A stretch of DNA of 56,893 bases from Planctomycetota bacterium (GTDB taxonomy: Bacteria; Planctomycetota; UBA8108; UBA1146): positions 1 through 56,893 of the forward strand of contig JAYZBV010000033.1 in the NCBI GenBank assembly GCA_036338595.1, given 5' to 3'. The position numbers were made by a program, and so were the translations under genes. The notes under the pieces are model-generated. The model had not been told where the DNA came from, did no database searches, and was given only the letters and a program-made list of their open reading frames with translations. Of this stretch, positions 1 through 8,697 are shown one piece after another; position 1 is the stretch's first letter; every line of letters begins with the position of its first letter.

Positions 1-1222
1 CGCAGTCCTCGCACTCATCCGGAACGCCGTTGCCGTCACAGTCAGCCGAGGTGCCCGATGCGATATCAAAGGCATCATCGATGCCGTTGAGGTTGCAATC
101 GCAGAATCCCGGCTCGTTGCGGAAGATGCGGTCCTGCCACCCTTGCCAGTAGCCCACCACCAGGTCGAGGTCGTTGTCGGAGTCGATGTCTCCGAGGGCC
201 AGGGACGTGGTGTCCAGATTGCCACCGAGACTCTGTAAATTGTCGATGAAGGTGCCGTTGCCTCCGTTGAAGTAGACCAGATCCGGCTGCTGCCAGTTGC
301 CGACGACCAGGTCGAGATCGCTGTCGCCATCGAGATCGCCCAGTGCCAGTGCGGTGGTCGGCTCGTCACCGCCGATCTCCAGGATGGCACTGAAATTACC
401 GATGCCATCGTTCACGTAGGCGATGTTGGGAAAACCATTGTTGCCCTCCACCACATCGGGATCGCCATCGCCATCGATGTCGCCCACTACCAACTTCAGG
501 GATTCGTCGGGCCCCGAGCCGAAGGTCTGGCTGCTGGCGGTGAAGAGCCCATCACCGTCATTGAAGTAGACCTGGTTCGCCTCGAAGCGATTGACCACCA
601 CCAGGTCGAGATCGGTGTCGTTATCGACATCGATCAGCGCCATCGCCGCGCTCTCGCTGTTGCCCAGCTGCTGGCCGGGATCCTGGGTGAAGATGCCGCT
701 GCCGTCGTTTCGATAGACCAGATTCGGCTGCGACCCGTTGCCCTCGACGAAATCGAGATCTCCGTCGTCATCGATGTCGCCGACAGCGATCGATTCCGTC
801 TCCCACGTTCCGATCGCCTGGTTGGTATCGGTGAAGTTGCCGGTGAGGTCGTTGTCGTTGAGGAGGACACGGTTGGGCTGGCTGTTGAACTCGCCCATCA
901 CCAGGTCGAGGGCCCCGTCCATGTTAAAATCCGCCAGCACCAGGGCAGTGGTATCGCCGGTGCCCGGCGGACCGAGCGCCTGACCGCTGTCGGTGTAGAT
1001 GCCATTGCCATCGTTGAGATAGATGGAGTTGGGTTGACCGCTATTGCCCACCACCAGATCAAGATCACCATCCTGATCGACGTCACCGAGGGTGATCGTC
1101 CCGGTGTAGGAGAGCCCTGCAGTGCCGAGCAACTGACCGTCGTCATCCAGCCATCCGTTGCATTGCGCCAACAGCGCCTGCGGAACGATGAATACGGTGA
1201 GCAAGATCAGCAATCTCATCAT
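1..1222 (-). CDS. Secreted FG-GAP/VCBS-repeat (beta-propeller) protein followed by Cys/Asp repeats; 3' end runs off the window
   Basis: Not in the ORF track because it is open at the edge. Manual translation from ATG 1222 (AGGAGG RBS upstream): MMRLLILLTVFIVPQALLAQ signal peptide, repeated LGDVDQDGDLDLVVGNSGQPNSIYLNDG units, then DCNLNGIDDAFDIASGTSADCDGNGVPDEC. Confidence 0.85.
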   Translation of the reverse strand, partial: MMRLLILLTVFIVPQALLAQCNGWLDDDGQLLGTAGLSYTGTITLGDVDQDGDLDLVVGNSGQPNSIYLNDGNGIYTDSGQALGPPGTGDTTALVLADFNMDGALDLVMGEFNSQPNRVLLNDNDLTGNFTDTNQAIGTWETESIAVGDIDDDGDLDFVEGNGSQPNLVYRNDGSGIFTQDPGQQLGNSESAAMALIDVDNDTDLDLVVVNRFEANQVYFNDGDGLFTASSQTFGSGPDESLKLVVGDIDGDGDPDVVEGNNGFPNIAYVNDGIGNFSAILEIGGDEPTTALALGDLDGDSDLDLVVGNWQQPDLVYFNGGNGTFIDNLQSLGGNLDTTSLALGDIDSDNDLDLVVGYWQGWQDRIFRNEPGFCDCNLNGIDDAFDIASGTSADCDGNGVPDECEDC

Positions 1223-1294
1223 GAAGACACCTCCTGGAACACTCTGTCGATTATCCATCTGGAGGAGGGGGTTTGGTAGTGGTGAGAGCGTTAC

Positions 1295-1339
1295 AAAAGT
1301 AGGCTCCGGCGCGTTTGTACGCTCCGGAGCCTGCTTTTT
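1295..1339. terminator. Intrinsic terminator hairpin downstream of the traT-like gene
   Basis: AAAAGTAGGCTCCGG...CCGGAGCCTGCTTTT inverted repeat with A/T tracts on both sides. Confidence 0.7.
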
Positions 1340-1362
1340 AATGCTGCCGCGACCGTTACTCG

Positions 1363-2187
1363 TTACGGCAGGATCTCGGGGATGATTCTTTCGAGTCTTT
1401 CCTCGATGGCGGGCAGCGCATCCGCTTCGGTCAACTGAATCTGTCTTGCCGTGATCACCAGCGTGTTCTTGATGCGCACCTTGGTGCGTTCGGCGGCGTA
1501 GACCTGGTTGCGGCGGGTGCGGTTGCCCTCGGCGCCGGCGACGATGCCGGAGCCGCCGATGGCGGTGACGGAACCGGCGACGGAACCCTTCTTGGAGCGG
1601 TCATCGAGTTCGGTCTTGACGATGCCGCCGACCGCCTCGTCGATGCGCGTCTCGATGATCATCGTCCACGCCTCGCTGCGGCTCTTGCGGTCGATCATGT
1701 CGCCGACGGCGGATCCGATGAAGGCGCCGGCGATGGTGGCATTCTTACGGGTGCTGCGACTGTTGTTGCGCGCCTGGTTATTGCCGATGGCGCCGCCGGC
1801 GACGGTGCCGAGCAACTTGCCCATCGAGGAGGAATCGTCGGGCAGGTTCTCGTTACGGCCCCAGAACTTGATGACGGCGGTGATGTCGTAGAGCGCCTCG
1901 GCGGGGTCCTTGGTGACGGTCCAGCCTTCCTCCTCCATGCTGGCGACGAGCATGGCGCGCAGCTTGCGGGTGTTGAGATCGAGTCCGGAGGGGTTTCTGA
2001 CCTGGATGGTGACGCGGCGGTCGTCGCCGCCGGGGCGATCGCCGATGAACTCGGGCACGCCATCGACCCACTGCGCCTGGACATTCATCTCCTTGTAGCG
2101 CTCGCTACCGCCGGAGACGCTGACACAACTGACGGTGGAGAGGATCAGCAGGGAAACGAGAGAGAAACAGATCAACGATCGAAACAT
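1363..2187 (-). CDS. TraT-family (complement resistance) outer-membrane lipoprotein
   Basis: Lipobox-like STVSC; VTIQVRNPSG...GWTVTKDPAEA; central glycine zipper; WTMIIETRIDE; C-terminal ITARQIQLTEADALPAIEERL. These are collinear with TraT as I recall it. Confidence 0.7.
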   Translation of the reverse strand: MFRSLICFSLVSLLILSTVSCVSVSGGSERYKEMNVQAQWVDGVPEFIGDRPGGDDRRVTIQVRNPSGLDLNTRKLRAMLVASMEEEGWTVTKDPAEALYDITAVIKFWGRNENLPDDSSSMGKLLGTVAGGAIGNNQARNNSRSTRKNATIAGAFIGSAVGDMIDRKSRSEAWTMIIETRIDEAVGGIVKTELDDRSKKGSVAGSVTAIGGSGIVAGAEGNRTRRNQVYAAERTKVRIKNTLVITARQIQLTEADALPAIEERLERIIPEILP

Positions 2188-2309
2188 CGGGGACTCCTAG
2201 CTGCAGTATTCGGGCGGGCTCGATGGAAAACAGGCGTGACTCCGATGGGGAGCCACGCCTGATGATGTCTCATCGAAGCGGCACAGGCAAGGTGTGCCTG
2301 CCGTTGCGG

Positions 2310-3806
2310 CTAGTTGCGCGGCATCAGCGGACACGCCACCTGCGGACGCTTGCGGATGAAGACGAAGTCCTCGAGGGTCTGGTTCTTGTTGTGACAGACG
2401 AGGCAGGCGGTCTCCTTGACCGATGGCCACTGGTGGTTGACCGGATCGCGCGGGTGATCGGGGTTGAGACCGTGGCAGTTCTCGCACTGAACATTCTTGT
2501 ACGGTTCGGCATCTTCCGGCGCGATGAACGCCTGGCCGTAGCCGAGTACATGACAGGCGATGCAATCCTGGCGCCACTGATCGCCGGTCTCCACGAGACT
2601 GGCGAAGGCGGTCGCGTGCTTGGTCTTCTGCCAGAACTCGGTCTGCTCGACGTGACACACCGAGCAGGTGGTCGCGGTCAGGTACTTGTCCTTGTCGTGC
2701 AACGGCGGCAACTTCTCGATGTCGAGGAACTCGGCGTTGCGACGAAACGCCTCGACCATCTGGAGGATCTCGGGATCTTCCAGCAGGTGCGGCTCCATCG
2801 AGGCGCGCTCGTACCAGTAGGTCGATCGGCCGGCGGGGGGTGCCTCTTCGACCGACAGCGTCACCATCGGGCCACCGCCCTCGATCCAGTCGATGTCGAG
2901 GGTGCCGAGGCGTGCCCCCTGGCTATCGGTGCGCGCCAGCAACGTGTTGTTGATCGTCTCGAGGCTGTCCTCCTCATCGATCCAGATCTTGTGATTGCCC
3001 AGTTCGATCATCGGATCGAGCATCAGGTCGATGCCATCGACCTCGGCGGCGAGCTGACGGTTGGTGTCGAGGTGGTTGGCCGACAGCAGCACGACCATGT
3101 CGCACTGCTGGCGCAACTCGGGGACCAGCCGCTTGGCGGTCTCGATGGAGTTGAGCAGTGCCAGGGGACGCTCGGGATTGGCCCGCTCGAGGAAGTAGGA
3201 CGGGATGGTGTCGATGGTCAGACCGAGCACACCGATCTTGAGCCCTCCCGATTCGATGATGGCAGTGCCGGGAAACACCGGTTTCCGATCGTCGGCGTAG
3301 ACCAGGTTGGCGGAGAGCAATGGAAAGCTGGCCTGCTTCTGGAACTCCAGCAGGGCTGAGAGTCCCAGCGTCAGATCGTGGTGGCCGACCAGCATCGCCT
3401 CGTAACCCATGCGGTTGTAGGACTCGATGATCAGCTTCGCCTTCGACAGCAGTTGCTTCTTCTCGAAGTCCTTCTTCTTGCCATCGTCGGGACCGAACAG
3501 CGTGTTGCCACCGTCGATCAGCAGCAGGTTCTCGTGGTGATAGCGCGCCTGGCCGATGTAGGCGGCACGACGGGTGATGGAACCCTGACGCACCTTCTTG
3601 CGCTTGCAACCACACACATCGATGTAGCCGATGTTGTTGATGGAGAAGACCAGAAACAGGTTCTTGCTCGCATCTTGCAGCTGCTTCATGGGAGCCGGGG
3701 TGGAGCCGAGTTCGGCACTCGCCTGATGGCGGTTACCGACCAGCGCGGGATAGACCATCATCAACAAGATGGCCACGGTGATGATCTGAGGAGCCGATCG
3801 CTTCAT
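2310..3806 (-). CDS. UshA/5'-nucleotidase-like metallophosphoesterase domain fused to a tetraheme cytochrome c (c554-like) domain; cysteine paralog
   Basis: Signal peptide; NIGYIDVCGC...GSITRRA; LLIDGGN; VGHHD; FPLLSAN; four CxxCH motifs (CSVCH, CIACH, CENCH, CLVCH). Confidence 0.85.
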   Translation of the reverse strand: MKRSAPQIITVAILLMMVYPALVGNRHQASAELGSTPAPMKQLQDASKNLFLVFSINNIGYIDVCGCKRKKVRQGSITRRAAYIGQARYHHENLLLIDGGNTLFGPDDGKKKDFEKKQLLSKAKLIIESYNRMGYEAMLVGHHDLTLGLSALLEFQKQASFPLLSANLVYADDRKPVFPGTAIIESGGLKIGVLGLTIDTIPSYFLERANPERPLALLNSIETAKRLVPELRQQCDMVVLLSANHLDTNRQLAAEVDGIDLMLDPMIELGNHKIWIDEEDSLETINNTLLARTDSQGARLGTLDIDWIEGGGPMVTLSVEEAPPAGRSTYWYERASMEPHLLEDPEILQMVEAFRRNAEFLDIEKLPPLHDKDKYLTATTCSVCHVEQTEFWQKTKHATAFASLVETGDQWRQDCIACHVLGYGQAFIAPEDAEPYKNVQCENCHGLNPDHPRDPVNHQWPSVKETACLVCHNKNQTLEDFVFIRKRPQVACPLMPRN

Positions 3807-3812
3807 GAGAAG

Positions 3813-5282
3813 TTACTTTCCTTCGCGACGTTTCAGGAGTGGACAGGCGATCCGGGGCATCGCTTGCACCGGATCGAAGGGAACCTTGGTCTCGCTCGGA
3901 TTATGACACGACCAGCAGGGGGTGTCTTTCACTGCGGGCCACGGGAAGGCCTCGGGTTTGCTCGGGTGGCGTGGATTCAGGCCGTGACAGCTCTCGCACT
4001 GGACATCCTTCCAGCGTCCCGGCTCGTGGGCATCGACGAAGGTCTCGCCGTAACCGGTGACATGGCATGGCATGCAGTCGTAGCGGAACTGATCGCCGGA
4101 TGTTTCCAGCGTCGCATAGGCACGGCCGTGGGCGGTCTGTTTCCAGAACGCAGCCTGCTGCGGGTGACAGACGGTGCAGGTGACGGAGCCGAGGAAGTGT
4201 GTCGATGGCTCGAACTGCATCTCGTCGGCATCGATCGGGTTCTTGTAGCGGGTCGTGGCCATGAACTCCGCAACGATCTTTTCCATCGCCGGGTGTCTGC
4301 CGATGTGCGGTGCCAGTCCGACCGTCGAGAGATCCGCTATGTTGGAGCCGGCGGGGGCATCTTCATCCCAGATGCTGAACCACGGCTTCGCCTTGTCGCG
4401 AAACCACAGATCGGCGCGGGATAGTTCCGACCCCTGGCCACTCGGCTTCAGCAGCACCGTGCCGGAGTGCAGCGTCGTCTTGATCTTGTCGTTGATCCAG
4501 GTGTTCTCGGAGCCGTTGCTGGAGTTGGGTTCGACCACCACATCGACGCCGGTGACCTCGGTTGCGAGGCGGTCGACATCGGCACGGTCGATGTGGCCCA
4601 GCACGACACACAGATCGACCTCATCGATATGGGCCTCGATCTGCTCGAGGATGGCCGGGTAGGGGTCGGAAAAACTCGATCCGGCACAGTGCTTGTCGAT
4701 GAAGCGCTGCGGTGGCACGCGCATGGCGCCGACGATCAGCACCTTTCGTCCCTGGCTGGTGACGATGGTCGAGGCGGCGAAGGGGGACTCGCCACTGGCG
4801 TCCTTGAAGTTGGCGCACAGCACCGGAAACTTCATGCGCTTCTGGAACTCGACGAGGCGGTCGAGACCGAGTGCCAGATCGTGCTCGCCCAGGGCAACGG
4901 CCCGGGTGCCAAACAGGTTGTAGGCATCGATCAGCAGCAGCGCCTTCTGCAACATCTGTTGCTGCAGCAATGGATTTGGATGCAGTCGCCCGAGCGAGAA
5001 GAGCCAGTCGCCGCCATCGACGAGGAACGGTTCGATGCCCTCGGATTCCAGCGAGTTCAGGTAGGTCATCCGTCTCGACAGACTGCCGAGCTTGATCTTT
5101 CTCTTCGGTCAGCCACACGGTTCGATGTAGCCGTAGTTGTGAACCGTCGTCAGCAGCACGAACGGTTTTTCCTCGTCGTTGGCGGTGGCGGCGGCCGAGG
5201 CACGACCTTCGCCGTTTCCTGTCAGCGATGACAGGATCAGCGGTGCACACAGCAGCAGTAACAACGGGTACTTCAACTTCAC
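3813..5282 (-). CDS. Predicted selenoprotein: UshA-like metallophosphoesterase domain (CGU motif) plus tetraheme cytochrome c domain; UGA at 5109-5111 read as Sec
   Basis: ORFs 5109..5318 and 3813..5069 are in the same frame and separated only by one TGA: HNYGYIEPCG-TGA-PKRKIKLGSLSRRMTYL aligns with paralog NNIGYIDVCG-C-KRKKVRQGSITRRAAYI. GTG start at 5282 gives a signal peptide. Heme motifs CTVCH, CMPCH, CESCH, CWSCH. Confidence 0.85.
5074..5090 (-). promoter_or_regulatory. Bacterial SECIS-like hairpin
   Basis: Minus strand CUCGGCA-GUC-UGUCGAG (7 bp including one G-U) begins 18 nt 3' of the UGA. The apical GCAGUCUG resembles the E. coli fdhF SECIS apex GCAGGUCUGC. Confidence 0.65.
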
Positions 5283-5296
5283 TCCCTTTGCCCCCC

Positions 5297-5992
5297 TCAG
5301 GGGCACACATCCAGGCATGGCAGTGCACCTGCCGAACCACGGGGATACAAGAGTGTCGCTTCGAGTCCGGTGCCGGCGGCGAGTCGCGCCAGTGCCAGTA
5401 CCGAATCCTCGATGGTGACGGTTCCATCGTCATCGAGATCTCCGGCGGCGAGGCAGCGAGGTTCGGGACCGGATTCGCGCAGCCAGCTGATCAGTTCCTG
5501 GAAATCGGCCCAGTCGAGGCGGCCATTGGCATCGACATCGCCGCGGATCAGCGTCATCGAGGCGACGGCGGGGGTGTCGAGCTGCGGAACGGTGATGCTG
5601 GTCGGGATTCCCGACAGCAACACCCAGCCGACCAGCAATGCCGCAGCACTGCTCCACCAGCGGCCTGCAGGTGGCGACACGGGTGGCGAATCTTGCCCAT
5701 CGGCGAGGCGCCGGGCGGTGTCACTGCCACGGCTCGACTCGATGGCGATCTGGTGCCGGGTCGCGCGCGAAAGCGCTGCCACATCGGCGGAACTGACGCC
5801 GGTCAGAGCCTCGATCGTCATCAGCAACTCGTCGCGACAGCGGTCGTGAACTTCACGACAACCGGGGCACGAGGAGAGGTGCTGGGCGATGCGCGTTTCT
5901 TCGAGCGGACCCGACTCGCCGTCGAGAAATCTCGGAAGAACGCTTCGCACACCATCACAATTATCGAGTGGGATCATCGGGCGATCGCTCAT
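5297..5992 (-). CDS. Anti-sigma factor: zf-HC2 zinc finger, TM helix and C-terminal dockerin-like domain
   Basis: ATG 5992 overlaps the sigma-factor stop (ATGA). NCDGVR...LPRFLDGE...HLSSCPGC; TM WWSSAAALLVGWVLL; IRGDVDANGRLDWAD...CLAAGDLDDDGTVTIEDSV. Confidence 0.8.
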   Translation of the reverse strand: MSDRPMIPLDNCDGVRSVLPRFLDGESGPLEETRIAQHLSSCPGCREVHDRCRDELLMTIEALTGVSSADVAALSRATRHQIAIESSRGSDTARRLADGQDSPPVSPPAGRWWSSAAALLVGWVLLSGIPTSITVPQLDTPAVASMTLIRGDVDANGRLDWADFQELISWLRESGPEPRCLAAGDLDDDGTVTIEDSVLALARLAAGTGLEATLLYPRGSAGALPCLDVCP

Positions 5993-6546
5993 GCGCTGCC
6001 CCCCTTCGCTGATTCGGAGCGTTCCAGCTCCTTGCGTAACGCCGCACGTGCGCGGCGCATCAGGTAGTCCACCTGGTGGAAGGACATGCCAAGGCGATCC
6101 CCGATCTCGTCGTAGGAGCGCCCCTCGATGTACTTCCATTGCAGCGCCAGTCGCATCTCATCGGGAAGGCGTTGCACCAGTTCGTCGGTCTCGATCGAAC
6201 TCGATTCCTTCGAACGGTGCTGGGCCCGGGCCAGCAACTCGGTGCGCGCTTGTTGCAGCACGACCCGCTTGCGTTGTTTCTGCTGGATCCAGCGATGGGC
6301 CCTGTTCTGGACCAATCGTGAAAGCCAACCGATGAAGGCGCGTGGCTCCCTGAGCGAGGGCAAGGAGCGCCAGATGTGAAAGAGGGCATCCTGGGCGACA
6401 TCGTCCGCGTCCTCACGACCGACCTTGCGTCGGGCCAGACCCAGCACCAATCCTCCGAAGCGATCGATCAGGACGCCGAACGCGGCCTCATCGCCGCTGG
6501 CGGCGAGTTGCACGAGTTCGACATCTTCGAGATCCTCGGGAGCCAT
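5989..6546 (-). CDS. ECF RNA polymerase sigma-70 factor
   Basis: AAGGAG RBS; DVELVQLAASGDEAAFGVL; DADDVAQDA; FIGWLSRL; region 4 LPDEMRLALQWKYIEGRSYDEIGDRLG. Confidence 0.9.
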   Translation of the reverse strand: MAPEDLEDVELVQLAASGDEAAFGVLIDRFGGLVLGLARRKVGREDADDVAQDALFHIWRSLPSLREPRAFIGWLSRLVQNRAHRWIQQKQRKRVVLQQARTELLARAQHRSKESSSIETDELVQRLPDEMRLALQWKYIEGRSYDEIGDRLGMSFHQVDYLMRRARAALRKELERSESAKGGSA

Positions 6547-6790
6547 CGATGCTCGCTCCTTCGGCTGCTCGGGTCGGTCACCTGGAGGGGGGCACATGCG
6601 GGATCTCCGGGTCGGGAGGGGTGCAGTGAGAGGATCAGGAATCCTCTCTCGCGGACGGGGCGCCGGGCCCTGAAATCGGGCCAGGATCACCTTCCTGAGC
6701 AGTATAACATGAGCCGGGACCACCCCGGATCAGAGCCTCGCTGCTGACTGGAAGTACCGCAGTGCAGGGGCGATTCGGAAGCCATTTGCC

Positions 6791-7828
6791 TCAAATGGAG
6801 CGGATGGCTCGAAAGCCCTCCAGAGCCTGTTGAAGGCCAGTATCGTCGATTTGACGGTGGAACACGGCGCGCAGGCCGCGATCTCCGACCGCCAGCACCC
6901 GCACCCCCCGGGCATCGAGATCGGCCTCGAGTTGCTGATGACCGGCGACATCCAGATCGTCAAAACGGACGAACAGGATATTTGACTGTGGCGGGTTCGG
7001 TTCGAGGCGGGCACCCGGTAGATCGGCGAGCCCCTCGGCGAGTTGCTGACAGCGGCGGTGGTCATCGGCGAGTCGCTCGATGCCATCGGTGAGTGCGACC
7101 AGTCCCGCTGCGGCGATGACGCCGACCTGGCGCATGCCACCGCCGAGCAGTTTTCTCAAGCGCCTCGCCTCGGCGATGTGATCGGTGGAGCCACACAGCA
7201 GCGAACCGATGGGGCAGGAGAGTCCCTTCGAGAGACAGAAGGAGACGGTGTCGAAGGGAGCGGCCAGCTCGGCAGCGGCGATGCCGAGGGCGACCTCGGC
7301 GTGAAACAGTCTCGCACCATCGAGATGCATCTTGAAATCGTGCTCGGCGGCGACGGCGGCGATACCGGCGATCTGTTCGGTACCGATCACGCGCCCGCCA
7401 CACATGTTGTGGGTGTTCTCGAGACAGATCAGCGATGTGCGCGGCTGGTGGTCATCGTCGGGTCGGATGCTGCTACGGACCGATGCCGCATCGAGGCAAC
7501 CGTCGACCGATGGCAACGGATGCGGATGGACTCCCCACAGTCGTGCCGAACCGCCCGCCTCGTACAGGTAGATGTGGCTATCTTCCATCAGGATCATCTC
7601 GTCGCCAGGATTCGTCAGCGTGCCGATGGCGATGGTGTTGGCCATCGTGCCGGTCGGAACAAACAGCGCCGCTTCCTTGCCGAGGCGGGCAGCACTCTCC
7701 TGCTCGAGCCTGATGACGGTCGGATCGTCACCGAAAACGTCGTCGCCCAGCGGTGCAGCCACCATCTGGCGGTACATCTGCTCGGTCGGGTGGGTGACGG
7801 TGTCCGATCTGAGGTCGACCCGGTCCAT
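6791..7828 (-). CDS. ltaE: Low-specificity L-threonine aldolase (PLP)
   Basis: DLRSDTVT, GDDVFGDDPT, PTGTMAN, LENTHN, HLDGARL, FCLSKGL, GGGMRQ. Confidence 0.92.
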   Translation of the reverse strand: MDRVDLRSDTVTHPTEQMYRQMVAAPLGDDVFGDDPTVIRLEQESAARLGKEAALFVPTGTMANTIAIGTLTNPGDEMILMEDSHIYLYEAGGSARLWGVHPHPLPSVDGCLDAASVRSSIRPDDDHQPRTSLICLENTHNMCGGRVIGTEQIAGIAAVAAEHDFKMHLDGARLFHAEVALGIAAAELAAPFDTVSFCLSKGLSCPIGSLLCGSTDHIAEARRLRKLLGGGMRQVGVIAAAGLVALTDGIERLADDHRRCQQLAEGLADLPGARLEPNPPQSNILFVRFDDLDVAGHQQLEADLDARGVRVLAVGDRGLRAVFHRQIDDTGLQQALEGFRAIRSI

Positions 7829-7984
7829 GGTTCCTCCTGGTAGCGGTCAATGACGAGGCGATGACACCACGAAACGGCTCCGACAGGAAGTGTTCCCGGG
7901 ACTCACCTCGGCGTGGGGTTGTACCGGAGCCGTCGGCAGTGGACTCTTGGGGCGGGTACCAGGGGACCAGCCGGGAGGCGTGCG

Positions 7985-8353
7985 ATGGAACTCGATGACA
8001 GGGTTTGCTACTGCTTTCGCGTGACCCGCAGGAAATTGCTCAACTTCACGCGCCAGACGCAGCCGAGCCGTCCTTCGCAACTGTCGGAGTGTTTCGGGGC
8101 AGGTACCGGCTGTGGCTGGTGTATCCCCTTCCTGATGAGAATCCACGCCGAGGTGATGGATTCGGATGAGCGCGCCGATGGTCCCGATCCGCTCGAGATC
8201 AGTGCCGAGGAGTACGAGCAACTGCGCGCCACCTACCGCGAGCAGGTCACTGCTGGCGAGCGCCAGAAGAATCACCACGGGGCTGGTTCTGGCGATCAGG
8301 AAACGGGGGGTGGCGATGCAGCGGGGGAGATCGATGACGATGCGTTTGCCTAG
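7985..8353 (+). CDS. BFD-like [2Fe-2S]-binding protein
   Basis: DDRVCYCFRV...SECFGAGTGCGWCIPFL; GGGAGG RBS before ATG 7985. Confidence 0.8.
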   Translation: MELDDRVCYCFRVTRRKLLNFTRQTQPSRPSQLSECFGAGTGCGWCIPFLMRIHAEVMDSDERADGPDPLEISAEEYEQLRATYREQVTAGERQKNHHGAGSGDQETGGGDAAGEIDDDAFA

Positions 8354-8360
8354 CGGTCGA

Positions 8361-8615
8361 TCAATCCTCGGCGATGGCGCTCAACTTGCGGTCGATGGCA
8401 TCGATCTGGATGCGGAGCTCGACGATGCGCTTGGGATAGCGACTGAGGGTGGTGGTGCGATCGGTCTCGTCAGACCCCATGCCGATATTGAGTTTCTTTT
8501 CGAGCAGTTCCAGCTCGGTGACGAGGCCTTCTCGCTCTGATTCCAGGTCCGCGCGCTTTCGAGACAGTTCCTGGCGCTTCTGCTGCTTTTTCTTGCCGAA
8601 AAATCCGAAGATCAA
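8361..8615 (-). CDS. Small hypothetical coiled-coil protein
   Basis: 84-aa helical ORF filling an intergenic gap; GAGGGAGG upstream of a TTG start. Confidence 0.55.
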   Translation of the reverse strand: MIFGFFGKKKQQKRQELSRKRADLESEREGLVTELELLEKKLNIGMGSDETDRTTTLSRYPKRIVELRIQIDAIDRKLSAIAED

Positions 8616-8697
8616 GGAGTGCCTCCCTCTTCGAAGAAACTAACCATTTGTCTGCGATCTGGAAAGCCCCCACGCCATCTGCCGCAGGATGAGCTCC

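Noticed and set aside
5109..5318. 69-aa ORF treated as a separate small gene, or the locus treated as a pseudogene
   Set aside because: It is in frame with the downstream ORF, the TGA aligns with a Cys in the paralog, and a SECIS-like hairpin follows. Recoding is the simpler explanation.
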